Positions 43,030-52,123 of a stretch of DNA of 64,000 bases are shown piece after piece; positions within the stretch are counted from its first letter, which is position 1, and the number at the start of each line of letters is the position of its first letter. A program made the translations under genes and the position numbers. This stretch comes from Kiritimatiellia bacterium. GTDB taxonomy: Bacteria; Verrucomicrobiota; Kiritimatiellia; RFP12; JBMNHG01. The DNA lies in the NCBI GenBank assembly GCA_050950285.1, contig JBMNHG010000002.1:1010654-1074653 (forward strand). Reading direction: 5' to 3'. A model generated the notes under the pieces. The model was not told the DNA's origin and did no database searches. It saw only the letters and a program-made list of their open reading frames with translations.

Positions 43030-44030
43030 GGCTGAACCGCCTCGCGGACACGCCGCACCTGCCTGGCCAGCGCCTCGAACTGGCTGGGACGCAGCGACTG
43101 CGCCCCGTCGCTGAGCGCCTTTTCGGGAGTATTGTGAACCTCGATCATGAGGCCGTCGGCACCGGCGGCGACCGCCGCCAGGGAGAGTGCCGGGACGTGG
43201 CGCGCAATCCCGCAGGCATGGCTGGGATCAACGACCACCGGCAGATGGCTCAGCTCCTTGAGGACAGGCACGGCCGAGATGTCGAGCGTGTTGCGCGTGT
43301 AGGTCTCGAAGGTGCGGATGCCGCGCTCGCAGAGGATCACGTTGGGGTTCCCGCCCGCCAGCACATACTCCGCGCTCATCAGCAGCTCCTTGATCGTGTT
43401 GGCAAGGCCACGCTTGAGCAGGATAGGTTGCTTCGCCCGCCCCAGCTCGCGCAGCAGGTCGAAGTTCTGCATGTTGCGCGCGCCGACCTGGATGATGTCC
43501 ACCTCGCTGAAGAGTTCGAGGTGGTTGATATTCATGATCTCCGAGACGATTGGCAGCCCCGTCTCGGCCTTGGCCCGGCGCAGCAGCTCAAGCCCCTCGG
43601 CCTTCAGTCCCTGGAAGTCATAGGGCGAGGTGCGCGGTTTGAAGGCACCGCCGCGCAGCATCGTCGCCCCGGCCGCCTTGACGGCGCGCGCCACCTCCAT
43701 GATCTGCCCGGCAGACTCGACCGAACAGGGGCCGGCGATCAGCGCGAAGTGACCGCCGCCGATCTGCGCGCCACCCGCCGTCATCACGCTGTCCGCCGGA
43801 TGGAACTTGCGGTTGACCGCCTTGAAGGGCTCCGAGATGCGGATGACCTGCTCGACGATCTCCAGCCCCTCGATGGCATGGACGTCGAGCGCGGAGGTGT
43901 CGCCGATGACTCCTACGATCGTCTCGAACTCCCCCTCGGAGAGATGCACGCGGAACTTCTGGCCGATGAGCCAGTTCGTCAGATGCTCGATCTGCTTGTG
44001 TGGGCTCTGCTGCTTGAGTTTGATGATCAT
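43026..44030 (-). CDS. aroF: DAHP synthase, class I-beta, with N-terminal regulatory domain
   Basis: IAGPCSVES, LRGGAFKPRTSPYDFQG, QVGARNMQNF, LLKRG, CERGIRTFE..TRNTLD, DPSH, IEVH..P..ALSDG.QS. Confidence 0.95.
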   Translation of the reverse strand: MIIKLKQQSPHKQIEHLTNWLIGQKFRVHLSEGEFETIVGVIGDTSALDVHAIEGLEIVEQVIRISEPFKAVNRKFHPADSVMTAGGAQIGGGHFALIAGPCSVESAGQIMEVARAVKAAGATMLRGGAFKPRTSPYDFQGLKAEGLELLRRAKAETGLPIVSEIMNINHLELFSEVDIIQVGARNMQNFDLLRELGRAKQPILLKRGLANTIKELLMSAEYVLAGGNPNVILCERGIRTFETYTRNTLDISAVPVLKELSHLPVVVDPSHACGIARHVPALSLAAVAAGADGLMIEVHNTPEKALSDGAQSLRPSQFEALARQVRRVREAVQP

Positions 44031-44041
44031 GGTGCGTTCCT

Positions 44042-44078
44042 AAAAAAAAAGGTCCTGCCGTGTTGCCACTGCAGAACC
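44042..44078 (-). terminator. Attenuator terminator in the aro operon leader
   Basis: On the minus strand, GGTTCTGCAGTG-GCAA-CACGGCAGGACC is followed by T9 and ends 11 nt before the aroF ATG. Confidence 0.85.
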
Positions 44079-44122
44079 ACCGATTGATTAGAGCTGGATT
44101 TCCTGTTGCGCCAATACAGTGC

Positions 44123-44194
44123 TCACGCAGGGCATATTGCGTAGCGATACGCAAAATACCAATAGCTTCCAAACACGGTAACGTTACGCTTCAT
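44123..44194 (-). CDS. Aromatic-amino-acid-rich attenuator leader peptide (23 aa)
   Basis: MKRNVTVFGSYWYFAYRYAICPA*, with 4 Tyr, 2 Phe and 1 Trp in codons 8-18. Lies between the promoter and the terminator. Confidence 0.85.
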   Translation of the reverse strand: MKRNVTVFGSYWYFAYRYAICPA

Positions 44195-44222
44195 GGGGAA
44201 TCCAGTTTTCCCTGATGGCGGC

Positions 44223-44252
44223 ACTATAGTCGGTTTGCCCGGTCGCTGTCAA
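44223..44252 (-). promoter_or_regulatory. Sigma-70-type promoter of the aro operon
   Basis: TTGACA (44252-44247), 18-nt spacer, TATAGT (44228-44223). Confidence 0.75.
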
Positions 44253-44358
44253 TCCTCTTGCAAGCGATTTTCGCTCGATTTTCGCTCGCGGGCGACAGAG
44301 GGTGCGAAGGGCGCCTGAGGAGGCACGGAAACGCCGGGAGCGGGGGCGGCAATCCGTA

Positions 44359-45711
44359 TCAGAAGAACGCCTGGTAGAGCGCCCGGACGGCGGTGGCGCG
44401 GTCGGAGTCTTTCACGCCGAACATCACGCTGATCTCGGAGGCGCCCTGGTTGAGCATTTCGATGTTCACCCCGGCCTCGGCAAGCGCGACGGCCGCACGG
44501 GCCATGATGCCCACCGTGTACTGCATCCCCTCGCCCACCACCATGACCAGCGCATGGTCGTGGTTGATCGACGCCTTGTCCGTCTTCAGCTCGTCCCGGA
44601 TGCGGCGCAGGATGCGCTCCTCCGCTTCGGGCGTCGCCTGGGACTGGCGGAAGACCACCGACATGTTGTCGATGCCCGTGGGGATGTGCTCCCAGGAGAT
44701 GTTCTCGTCCTCGAGGATGCGCATGAGGCGCCGTCCGAAGCCGACCTCGCGGTTCATCATGTACTTCTCGACGTACAACTGCGCAAAGCCGCTATCGGAG
44801 GCGATGCCCACGACCTTGCATCCCCCCTCCACCTGGCGCTGCGGCTTCACAAGCGTGCCGGGACGCTCGGGGTGGTTGGTGTTGCGGATGTTGATGGTGA
44901 CGCCCGCTTGCAGGGCCGGACGAACCGCCTCGTCGTGGAATACGCCGAAGCCCGAGTAGGCGAGCTCGCGCATCTCGCGGTAGGTCATCTCGGCAATCCC
45001 CTCGCGGACCTCCGGCACGATGCGTGGATCCACCGGATACACGGCGTCAACGTCGGTGAAGTTCTCGTACAGATCGGCGGCGGCGGCGGCGAGGATCGAG
45101 CCCGTGATGTCCGACCCGCCGCGCGGAAAGGTCGCGACACGCCCCTCGCGGGTGACACCGAAGAAGCCCGGGAAGACGACGATGCCGCGCGCTTCCTTCA
45201 GCGACCGGGCCAGCAACGGCATCGATTCATCGAGAAGGTGCGCATTGCCGAACTCGCTCGTGAGCAGCATGCCGGCGGCACCGGGCGCCATGTACGAGGC
45301 ATCGGCGCCCCGGGCGCGCAGGGCGGCGGCGAAAAGACGCGCGGAGTTGTCTTCGCCCGCAGCCTTCATGCAGTCGAGGAACATCCCGGGATGGGACCGG
45401 TCGCCGGCAAGCCGCTCCCGGAGGTCGGCCTCGACCTCGGAGAGGGCCGCCGGATCCAGCCCCAGCCCCTTCTGGATTTCGGCGAAACGGGACACGATCG
45501 CCTGCAGGAAGGGCTCGACGTCCATCCCGTGGAGGGCGGCATCGGCGCAGGTGATCAGCATGTCCGTGACCTTCGGATCGCCCGGATGGCGCTTGCCGGG
45601 GGCGGAGACAACCACCACGCGGCGCGCGGGGTCGGAGAGGACGATGTCGCAGGCCTTCTTGACCTGGATCGAATCCGCGAGGGACGATCCACCGAATTTG
45701 CAGACTTTCAT
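44359..45711 (-). CDS. lysC: Aspartate kinase
   Basis: KVCKFGGSSLA, VVVSAPGKR, PGFFG, TF.RGGSDITG, YENFTDVD, TYREMREL.Y.GF, and C-terminal ACT domains. Confidence 0.93.
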   Translation of the reverse strand: MKVCKFGGSSLADSIQVKKACDIVLSDPARRVVVVSAPGKRHPGDPKVTDMLITCADAALHGMDVEPFLQAIVSRFAEIQKGLGLDPAALSEVEADLRERLAGDRSHPGMFLDCMKAAGEDNSARLFAAALRARGADASYMAPGAAGMLLTSEFGNAHLLDESMPLLARSLKEARGIVVFPGFFGVTREGRVATFPRGGSDITGSILAAAAADLYENFTDVDAVYPVDPRIVPEVREGIAEMTYREMRELAYSGFGVFHDEAVRPALQAGVTINIRNTNHPERPGTLVKPQRQVEGGCKVVGIASDSGFAQLYVEKYMMNREVGFGRRLMRILEDENISWEHIPTGIDNMSVVFRQSQATPEAEERILRRIRDELKTDKASINHDHALVMVVGEGMQYTVGIMARAAVALAEAGVNIEMLNQGASEISVMFGVKDSDRATAVRALYQAFF

Positions 45712-45895
45712 GGCACAAAAATCCAAGGTTTGGAGACAGGGAGGTGACAGGGTACCAAGAACTTCGGCCAGGTGCAAGCCAGAGGCCGCCCCGATATTGC
45801 GTTTCGTCCGGCTTTTACCGGAACGGATGGTGTGGTATGATGGGGGAAACCATTGATTTCCACCATCCCTTCATCCGAGGGAAAGGAGCCTCCTT

Positions 45896-46153
45896 ATGCC
45901 AGTCTACGAATACCAGGCGCGTGACGCGGAAGAAGGCGCGGGTTGCGAGGCCTGCCGCGAACCCTTCGAAGTGGTGCGGAAAATTGCGGACGGGCCGCTC
46001 GAGACCTGCCCGGCATGCGGCGCGCCGCTCCGCAAGCTGATTCCCCGCGTAGCCCTCGGCCGCTCCCGTTCCGGACTCGACGATCGCGCCAAGGCCGCCG
46101 GGTTCACCAAGCTGAAGAAGCTCGGCAAGGGCGAATACGAGAAGATCTACTAG
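45896..46153 (+). CDS. FmdB-family zinc-ribbon protein
   Basis: MPVYEY...C..C...FE........L..CPACG....KLI. Confidence 0.88.
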   Translation: MPVYEYQARDAEEGAGCEACREPFEVVRKIADGPLETCPACGAPLRKLIPRVALGRSRSGLDDRAKAAGFTKLKKLGKGEYEKIY

Positions 46154-46269
46154 CCCGTCCCGCCCGATTCGGCCGGCACCGGCCGACAGGCCTCCCGATT
46201 CCTTCCCGCGTGTCACGTACGTCCACCATCCACCATCATCCACCCCACCCCATCCCCCCACCCCGCCTT

Positions 46270-47139
46270 ATGCACATCACTCACGCCATCCCGCTGAACG
46301 GAATCCCCTCGAGCCTCCGCCCCTTTCTGTTGGCGGAAGTCGCGGCGACAGGACAGAAAGACATCATCCTTTGCAGTTCGGTCCTCCGGGAGATGATCGC
46401 CAATCCCAATGTGATCCCGGAGTATCGCGCGCTCCTCGACGACGCCGGGTTGCGCTTCTGCGACAGCCACGCCCCCTACGGCCGCTACGCCGACTTGAAC
46501 TGCCCCGTCGCGGAACTTCGCCCGGTGATGCTGGCGCAGCAGCGGCTGGCCATCGAGATCGCGGCGATGCTCGGCGTGAAGACGCTTGCCGTGCACGTCG
46601 GCGAATCGGGCTTCCTGGAGTGGTCGCTCGATCGCCTGCACGCCTTTTTCCTCGATTCGCTGGAGGCGCTGCTCCCGGTGGCGGAGCAGTTCGGCGTGGT
46701 CCTCTGCGTCGAGAACATCTGGTTCCCCACCTGTGCGCCGGATCGCCTTCTCGACGCCCTGGAACGCTTCCCCCTCCCCTTCGCTGGGCGTCTGCTACGA
46801 TTCGGGCCACGCCAACATCGTCTCCGGACGGAACGTCGCGCCCGAGAACCACACCGTCCACGAATACCGCCAGCGCGGGCTGGAGCCCGCATGGAACGAC
46901 CACGTGCTGGAAGATTTGCTGCCCCACGTGGGTGAACTGCCACCTGCACGACAACGATGGACAGCGCGACATGCACTGGGTGGCCGGCCGCGGCACGATC
47001 GACTGGCCGCATGTGACGGGGACTGCTCCGCCGCGCCCCGCGCCTCCAGTGCGTCCAGAAACGAAGCCAACCTCGCCCAATCGCCCGCGATGACCCCTCG
47101 CGGGAGATCGTCGAAACCTACCGCCGCCTCCTGGAGTGA
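46270..47139 (+). pseudogene. Sugar-phosphate isomerase/epimerase (xylose-isomerase-like TIM barrel), frameshifted several times
   Basis: Motifs are spread over three frames: SHAPY...VHVG...LCVEN (frame of 46270), LGVCYDSGHAN (frame of 46586), CHLHDNDG..D.H...G.GTIDW (frame of 46371). Ends ...EIVETYRRLLE* at 47139. Confidence 0.8.
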
Positions 47140-47201
47140 GCGCCCGCCCCCTCCCCGGGGTCGCCCCGCGCGGAGCGAACGCCCGATCGAACGCCACGCC
47201 G

Positions 47202-50200
47202 ATGCCCGATGTGACCCCATCCTCCCCGCTTGCGCTTTTCCAGTCGGCCTGGAGCGTCGCGGCGCGCCGCGACGTGGTGCATCTGGCGGTACCCGCCCTG
47301 CCCGGCGCGGCGGCCGCCGCCGCGGTCATCACCGCCTCCCGCGAAGGGAATGGGGCCGTGGTGGCCGTCACTGCGGACCCGGATGAACTCGAGGCGCTTT
47401 ACACGGATTTGCGGACGCTGCTGCGTGGCGACGAGGAAACCGAGATCGTGCTGTTCCCCCCCGACGAGGCGGCCCCCGGCGACGAAATCGACCCCGAACT
47501 CTCCGGAACGCGCCAGGCGGCCTTGCGGCGCTTGAAGGATCTTCCGGGCGCGGGGGCGGAAGGGGCGTCCGGGACGGGCGGCGGCGCGCCCCGCGGCCCG
47601 TTCCTCTTCCTGACCACGCTGGGGTCGCTTTTGCGGCCCATCCCCGATCCGGACGCGTTGGGCGAAGCGTCGATTGCCCTGGCCGTGGATGCCGAGACCC
47701 CCTTCGAAGCCCTCGTCGGGAAGTTGGCGGCGAACGGCTACGAGCGGCTGCAGCAGGTCGCCGAAAAGGGCGAGATGGCGATTCGTGGCGGGATTCTCGA
47801 CATCTGGCCGCTGACGCGCCCTCTCCCGGTGCGTCTCGAGTTCTTTGGCGACACCGTGGAATCCATTCGCGCCTTCGATCCCGGCACGCAGGTCTCCGTC
47901 GAGCAGCTTCCCGACATCACGATCCCGCCGCTTTCCACCCGCGCTTTCCCCTGTGCGCGCCTGGCGGAGTGGCTGCCCGAAGGGTGCACGGTTTTTTGGC
48001 TCGACCACGACCGGCTCCGGCGCGAGGCCGAGGAGGCCGCGCTCGCCGGGGCGGCGGCGGACGCCGGCGGGGATGCGCCTCGCGCGACGGAACCCGTCAA
48101 CCCGCTACGCGCGTGGGAACGCGTGGTCGCATCCGTCTCGGCGAGGCATCCGAGGCGCCACTACTTCTGCGGCGAGCCGCCGCCGCCGCGCACGCTGTCG
48201 ATGGACCTGGACGTGGTGCCGCCGCCGGGGCTGGGCGACCTCGGGGAGGAGGCGTCCCATCCCGAGGTGACGGATCTGGCGCGCCGCCGCCTCCTCGCGC
48301 AACTCGCGGGGCAGGCGGCGGAGGGCGAAGAGGTCCACGTGTTCCTGGACACCGCGGGCTCGCGCGAATGGCTCGCCCGCGAACTGGGCGAGGATACGCC
48401 GGTGAACTTCGTCCGCGGCGTGCTGTCCGGCGGCTTCCTGCTCCCGTCGAAGCGGCTCTCCGTCCTGGCGCAGTCCGACCTGTATGCGGTGCGGAAACGC
48501 TCCGGATACCGCACCGTCCCGCCTTCCGTCGCGTCGCTGGGCGGGCGGCTCGACACGCCCGCGGATCTCTCCCCCGGCGACCTCGTCGTGCACGTGGACC
48601 ACGGCGTGGGGCGGTTTCTTGGAACCACCGAAATCGAGATCGGCGGGCAGCGTTCCGAAGTCTTCACCATCGAATACGCCGATGGCGCGAAACTGCACGT
48701 CCCCGTGAGCCAGGTGCATTTGCTCAGCCGCTACATCGGCCTGGGCGGGGCGCGCGGCGTGCGCCTGCATTCGCTTGGGGGAAAGCGCTGGACGCGCGAG
48801 AAGACCGCCGCCGAACGCGCCGTGATCGACCTCGCCGCCTCCCTGCTCGAGACGCAGGCGCGGCGCGCCGCATGCCCCGGAATCGCCTTCGACATCGAAC
48901 CCGGATGGATGGAGCCCTTCGAGGCGGCCTTCCCCTTCCGCGAGACCGCCGACCAGCTCCGCGTCATCGCGGAGGTGAAAGAGGACATGGCGAAACCCCG
49001 CCCGATGGACCGCCTCATCTGCGGCGACGCCGGCTACGGGAAGACGGAGATCGCCATCCGCGCGGCCTTCATCGCCGCGATGAACGGCCGGCAGACGGCC
49101 GTGCTCGTGCCCACCACCATCCTCGCCGAACAGCACTACGGGTCCTTCCGGGAACGCATGGGCGGCTACCCCTTGCGCATCGACGTGCTGAGCCGTTTCC
49201 GGACCCCCTCCGAGCGGGCCCGCACCCTCGGCGACCTCGCCTCCGGACGCGTGGACATCGTGATCGGCACCCACGCCCTCCTCCAGCCGGGCGTGCGCTT
49301 CCGGGATCTCGGCCTCGTGATCCTCGACGAAGAGCAGCGCTTCGGCGTGGCCCACAAGGAGCGCCTCAAGCAAGTGCGCGCGCTGGTGGACGTGCTCACC
49401 CTCTCCGCCACGCCCATCCCGCGCACCCTCTACCTCAGCATGACGGGCGCCCGCGACCTCTCGCTCCTCCAGACGCCGCCGCTGGAGCGCCTCCCCATCG
49501 AAACGCGCCTCGTGCGCGACTCCGATTCCGAAATCCGCACCGCGATCCTCCGCGAGATGCGGCGGAACGGACAAGTCTACTACCTCTACAACCGCGTGCT
49601 CACCATCGGCCTCGCCCGCGAACGCCTCGCCCGCGTCGTGCCCGAGGCGCGCGTGATCGTGGCCCATGGCCAGATGCCGCCCGGAGAGCTGGCCGACGCG
49701 ATGCGGCGCTTCGAACGCGGCGATGCGGACGTGCTGCTCTGCACCACCATCGCCGGAAGCGGCATCGACATCCCGCGCGCCAACACGATCCTCATCGACC
49801 GGGCCGACCGCTTCGGCATGGCGGATCTCTACCAGCTGCGCGGCCGCGTGGGGCGTTCCTCGCACAAGGGCTTCGCCTGCCTCCTCCTCCCCCCCCACGG
49901 CCACCTGGACTCCGACGCGCGCGAGCGGCTCGCCGCCCTGCAGCGGCACGGCGGACTCGGCGGCGGCTTCAACCTGGCCATGCGCGACCTCGAAATCCGC
50001 GGCGCCGGCAACCTGCTCGGCGCGGCCCAAAGCGGCCACATCGCCGCCATCGGCTTCGCCCTCTACTGCCAGCTCCTGCGCCGCACCGTCGCACGGCTCA
50101 AGGGCGAAACGCCGCCCATGCTCGTGGACGTGGACCTCCAAATCGAGGGCGTGGACTTCTCGCCCGGCTCGGGCGATCCGGATTCCGGCGCCTCGCTCCC

Positions 50201-50546
50201 CTACGCCTACGTGGAAGAGGACGCGCAACGGATGCTCTTCCACCGGCGCATCGCCGAAGCGTCGACCGTCGGGGAAGTCCGCGCCCTGCGCACCGAACTC
50301 GCGGATCGCTTCGGAAAGCCGCCGCCCGCCGCCGTGCGCCTGCTCCGGCTCGCGGAATTGCGGGTGGCGGCGGCGAAACTCGGCGTGCGGCGCATCGAGG
50401 CGAAGGACGGCGTCGCCCGCATCTACCGCCACTCCGACCGCTCCCCCTTCACCATCCGGGGGCGCCTGCCGCGCCTGCGAACCGGCGCCGACGCGGACGC
50501 GCGCATCGCCGCGCTCTTCAAGGTCCTTCGCCGGATGGGGGAATGA
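47202..50546 (+). CDS. mfd: Transcription-repair coupling factor
   Basis: GE.A.RGGILDIW, R.EFFGD.VESIR.FD..TQ.S, GD.VVH..HGVG.F, FPF.ET.DQ, PMDRL.CGD.GYGKTE, DEEQRFGV, SATPIPRTL, QLRGRVGRS, DLEIRGAGNLLG..QSG. Confidence 0.96.
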   Translation: MPDVTPSSPLALFQSAWSVAARRDVVHLAVPALPGAAAAAAVITASREGNGAVVAVTADPDELEALYTDLRTLLRGDEETEIVLFPPDEAAPGDEIDPELSGTRQAALRRLKDLPGAGAEGASGTGGGAPRGPFLFLTTLGSLLRPIPDPDALGEASIALAVDAETPFEALVGKLAANGYERLQQVAEKGEMAIRGGILDIWPLTRPLPVRLEFFGDTVESIRAFDPGTQVSVEQLPDITIPPLSTRAFPCARLAEWLPEGCTVFWLDHDRLRREAEEAALAGAAADAGGDAPRATEPVNPLRAWERVVASVSARHPRRHYFCGEPPPPRTLSMDLDVVPPPGLGDLGEEASHPEVTDLARRRLLAQLAGQAAEGEEVHVFLDTAGSREWLARELGEDTPVNFVRGVLSGGFLLPSKRLSVLAQSDLYAVRKRSGYRTVPPSVASLGGRLDTPADLSPGDLVVHVDHGVGRFLGTTEIEIGGQRSEVFTIEYADGAKLHVPVSQVHLLSRYIGLGGARGVRLHSLGGKRWTREKTAAERAVIDLAASLLETQARRAACPGIAFDIEPGWMEPFEAAFPFRETADQLRVIAEVKEDMAKPRPMDRLICGDAGYGKTEIAIRAAFIAAMNGRQTAVLVPTTILAEQHYGSFRERMGGYPLRIDVLSRFRTPSERARTLGDLASGRVDIVIGTHALLQPGVRFRDLGLVILDEEQRFGVAHKERLKQVRALVDVLTLSATPIPRTLYLSMTGARDLSLLQTPPLERLPIETRLVRDSDSEIRTAILREMRRNGQVYYLYNRVLTIGLARERLARVVPEARVIVAHGQMPPGELADAMRRFERGDADVLLCTTIAGSGIDIPRANTILIDRADRFGMADLYQLRGRVGRSSHKGFACLLLPPHGHLDSDARERLAALQRHGGLGGGFNLAMRDLEIRGAGNLLGAAQSGHIAAIGFALYCQLLRRTVARLKGETPPMLVDVDLQIEGVDFSPGSGDPDSGASLPYAYVEEDAQRMLFHRRIAEASTVGEVRALRTELADRFGKPPPAAVRLLRLAELRVAAAKLGVRRIEAKDGVARIYRHSDRSPFTIRGRLPRLRTGADADARIAALFKVLRRMGE

Positions 50547-52107
50547 CCGGTTCCGGGGCCGCAGGCGCATCGAGCCACCGGAAGGCGCCGACGGCATCGA
50601 AGGCGCCGGCGGCGACAACGACGTTGGCGCCCTCCCCGTCGCACTCCTTCGAGTAGGCCATCACGTCGGGCAGACGGTCGTAGAGGTGGTTCTCGGGGAG
50701 GCCGGCCCCCCAGTCCACGCCGCACTGCACCACGGCGGTGCGGGCGGGTTCCCCGGGATTGCGGCCCGTGAACCACAGCCCGTTCCCGGTACGCGGGAGG
50801 CGGCGCCCTTCGAAGACGAAGGCGTCGTCCTCGACCGTCACGCCGCCCGCTTCGAGGATGCGCCGCGCGAGCGGGCTGGTCTCGGGCTCGCCGAAGACGA
50901 AGAGGTTGCAGCCCCGGAGCGCGTGGGGCGGAAGCGCATCCTCCCCGCCGCGCTCCACGAGGCGCGGGGGCTCGCCTTTCGCGAAGCGGCGCCATTCCGC
51001 GGCGCGCCGTTCCAGAAGCGCGCGGGAGGGGGAGATCATCCGGAAGGGCCCCAGGAAGGCGTCCTGCAGGCGGCTCCCCGTGAAGCCCGGAACGCGTCCG
51101 AGCGGGGCGGGGCGCCTGGGGTTGTGCTCGCGGAGGTTCGTCTCCAGGAAATCCAGGATGCGCGGATCCTCGAGGGCCGTCGCCGCGATGCCGTGGGCTT
51201 CGTCGGGGAAGACGATCCACTCCACCTTGTCGCCGCCCGATTTCCGGAGGAGGTCTACGGGGTAGCGCCCCTGCCGGAGGGGGACCAGCGGATCGAGCGC
51301 GCCGTGCACCGCCAGCACGGGAGTGTCGAGGAGGCGCGGAAGCCAGGCCGAGCCGAACTGGGTGTCCACGATGGGACGGAGCCAGGGGGCGGTTTCCCCG
51401 GGCGTCGTCTCGTTCCACAGGTAGTAGTCCGAACGGCCGCTCATCACGAAGAGCGCGTTGAAGCGCTCGGCGAAGCGCCCGCCGATGCTCCACGCGCCCA
51501 TGCCGCCCATGGAATAGCCCGCAAGCACGACGCGGCCGCGATCCACGGGATAGCGCTCGACCATTTCGTCGATCACGCGGAGCACATCCTGCTCGCCCAC
51601 GCCCTGGAAATCGGTGTTGCTCCGTCCGAAGGGGACGGCGATGCAGGCGCTCGCGCGCTCCGCGATGGAGGTCATCGGCGACGGGATGGCGGGAACGTTC
51701 ACCAGGTCGTAGTAGGGGACGTATCCGTGGAGATAGACGAGAAGCGGCATGCCGCTTCCGGCCTCCTCCGGCGGGGGTGCGGAATGCGGGACGTAGCTCC
51801 AGAAGGGCTGGGCGGAACCGTCGTTCCCGGCGAAATAGGCCTCGATCCGGGCGCCGGGCGGGCGGGCGGGCGGAACGTCGCCGACGAGGTTTTCGAGGGC
51901 TTCGGCGAGATCGGCCTGCTCCTGTTCGAGGAACGCGTCGAATCCGGGGGCGCCGCGATAGGAGCGCTCCAGCGCGGCGATGCGATCCGCATGGAAGCGG
52001 GCGCGGGCGCATTCGTTCGTGCGCCAGGCCGTGGAGGGTGCGGCGGCGGCGGCACCCGCCAGCGCAGCGAGTCCGAGACAGGGCAGAAGGTTCGCGAGGC
52101 GTTTCAT
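50518..52107 (-). CDS. Secreted alpha/beta hydrolase (peptidase/esterase-like)
   Basis: Signal peptide, PLLVYLHG, nucleophile elbow GYSMGG, VHGALDP, FPDEAH. Confidence 0.8.
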   Translation of the reverse strand: MKRLANLLPCLGLAALAGAAAAAPSTAWRTNECARARFHADRIAALERSYRGAPGFDAFLEQEQADLAEALENLVGDVPPARPPGARIEAYFAGNDGSAQPFWSYVPHSAPPPEEAGSGMPLLVYLHGYVPYYDLVNVPAIPSPMTSIAERASACIAVPFGRSNTDFQGVGEQDVLRVIDEMVERYPVDRGRVVLAGYSMGGMGAWSIGGRFAERFNALFVMSGRSDYYLWNETTPGETAPWLRPIVDTQFGSAWLPRLLDTPVLAVHGALDPLVPLRQGRYPVDLLRKSGGDKVEWIVFPDEAHGIAATALEDPRILDFLETNLREHNPRRPAPLGRVPGFTGSRLQDAFLGPFRMISPSRALLERRAAEWRRFAKGEPPRLVERGGEDALPPHALRGCNLFVFGEPETSPLARRILEAGGVTVEDDAFVFEGRRLPRTGNGLWFTGRNPGEPARTAVVQCGVDWGAGLPENHLYDRLPDVMAYSKECDGEGANVVVAAGAFDAVGAFRWLDAPAAPEPVIPPSGEGP

Positions 52108-52123
52108 GGGGTGTTCCGGGGCG

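Noticed and set aside
44031..44220. T-box riboswitch upstream of aroF
   Set aside because: The leader is short and lacks a clear T-box consensus (GGTGGNACCGCG) and stem I. The leader-peptide model fits better.
46760..47139. Programmed ribosomal frameshifting in the TIM-barrel gene
   Set aside because: There are too many shifts, all at homopolymer runs, and no slippery heptamer with a stimulatory structure. Sequence error is more likely.
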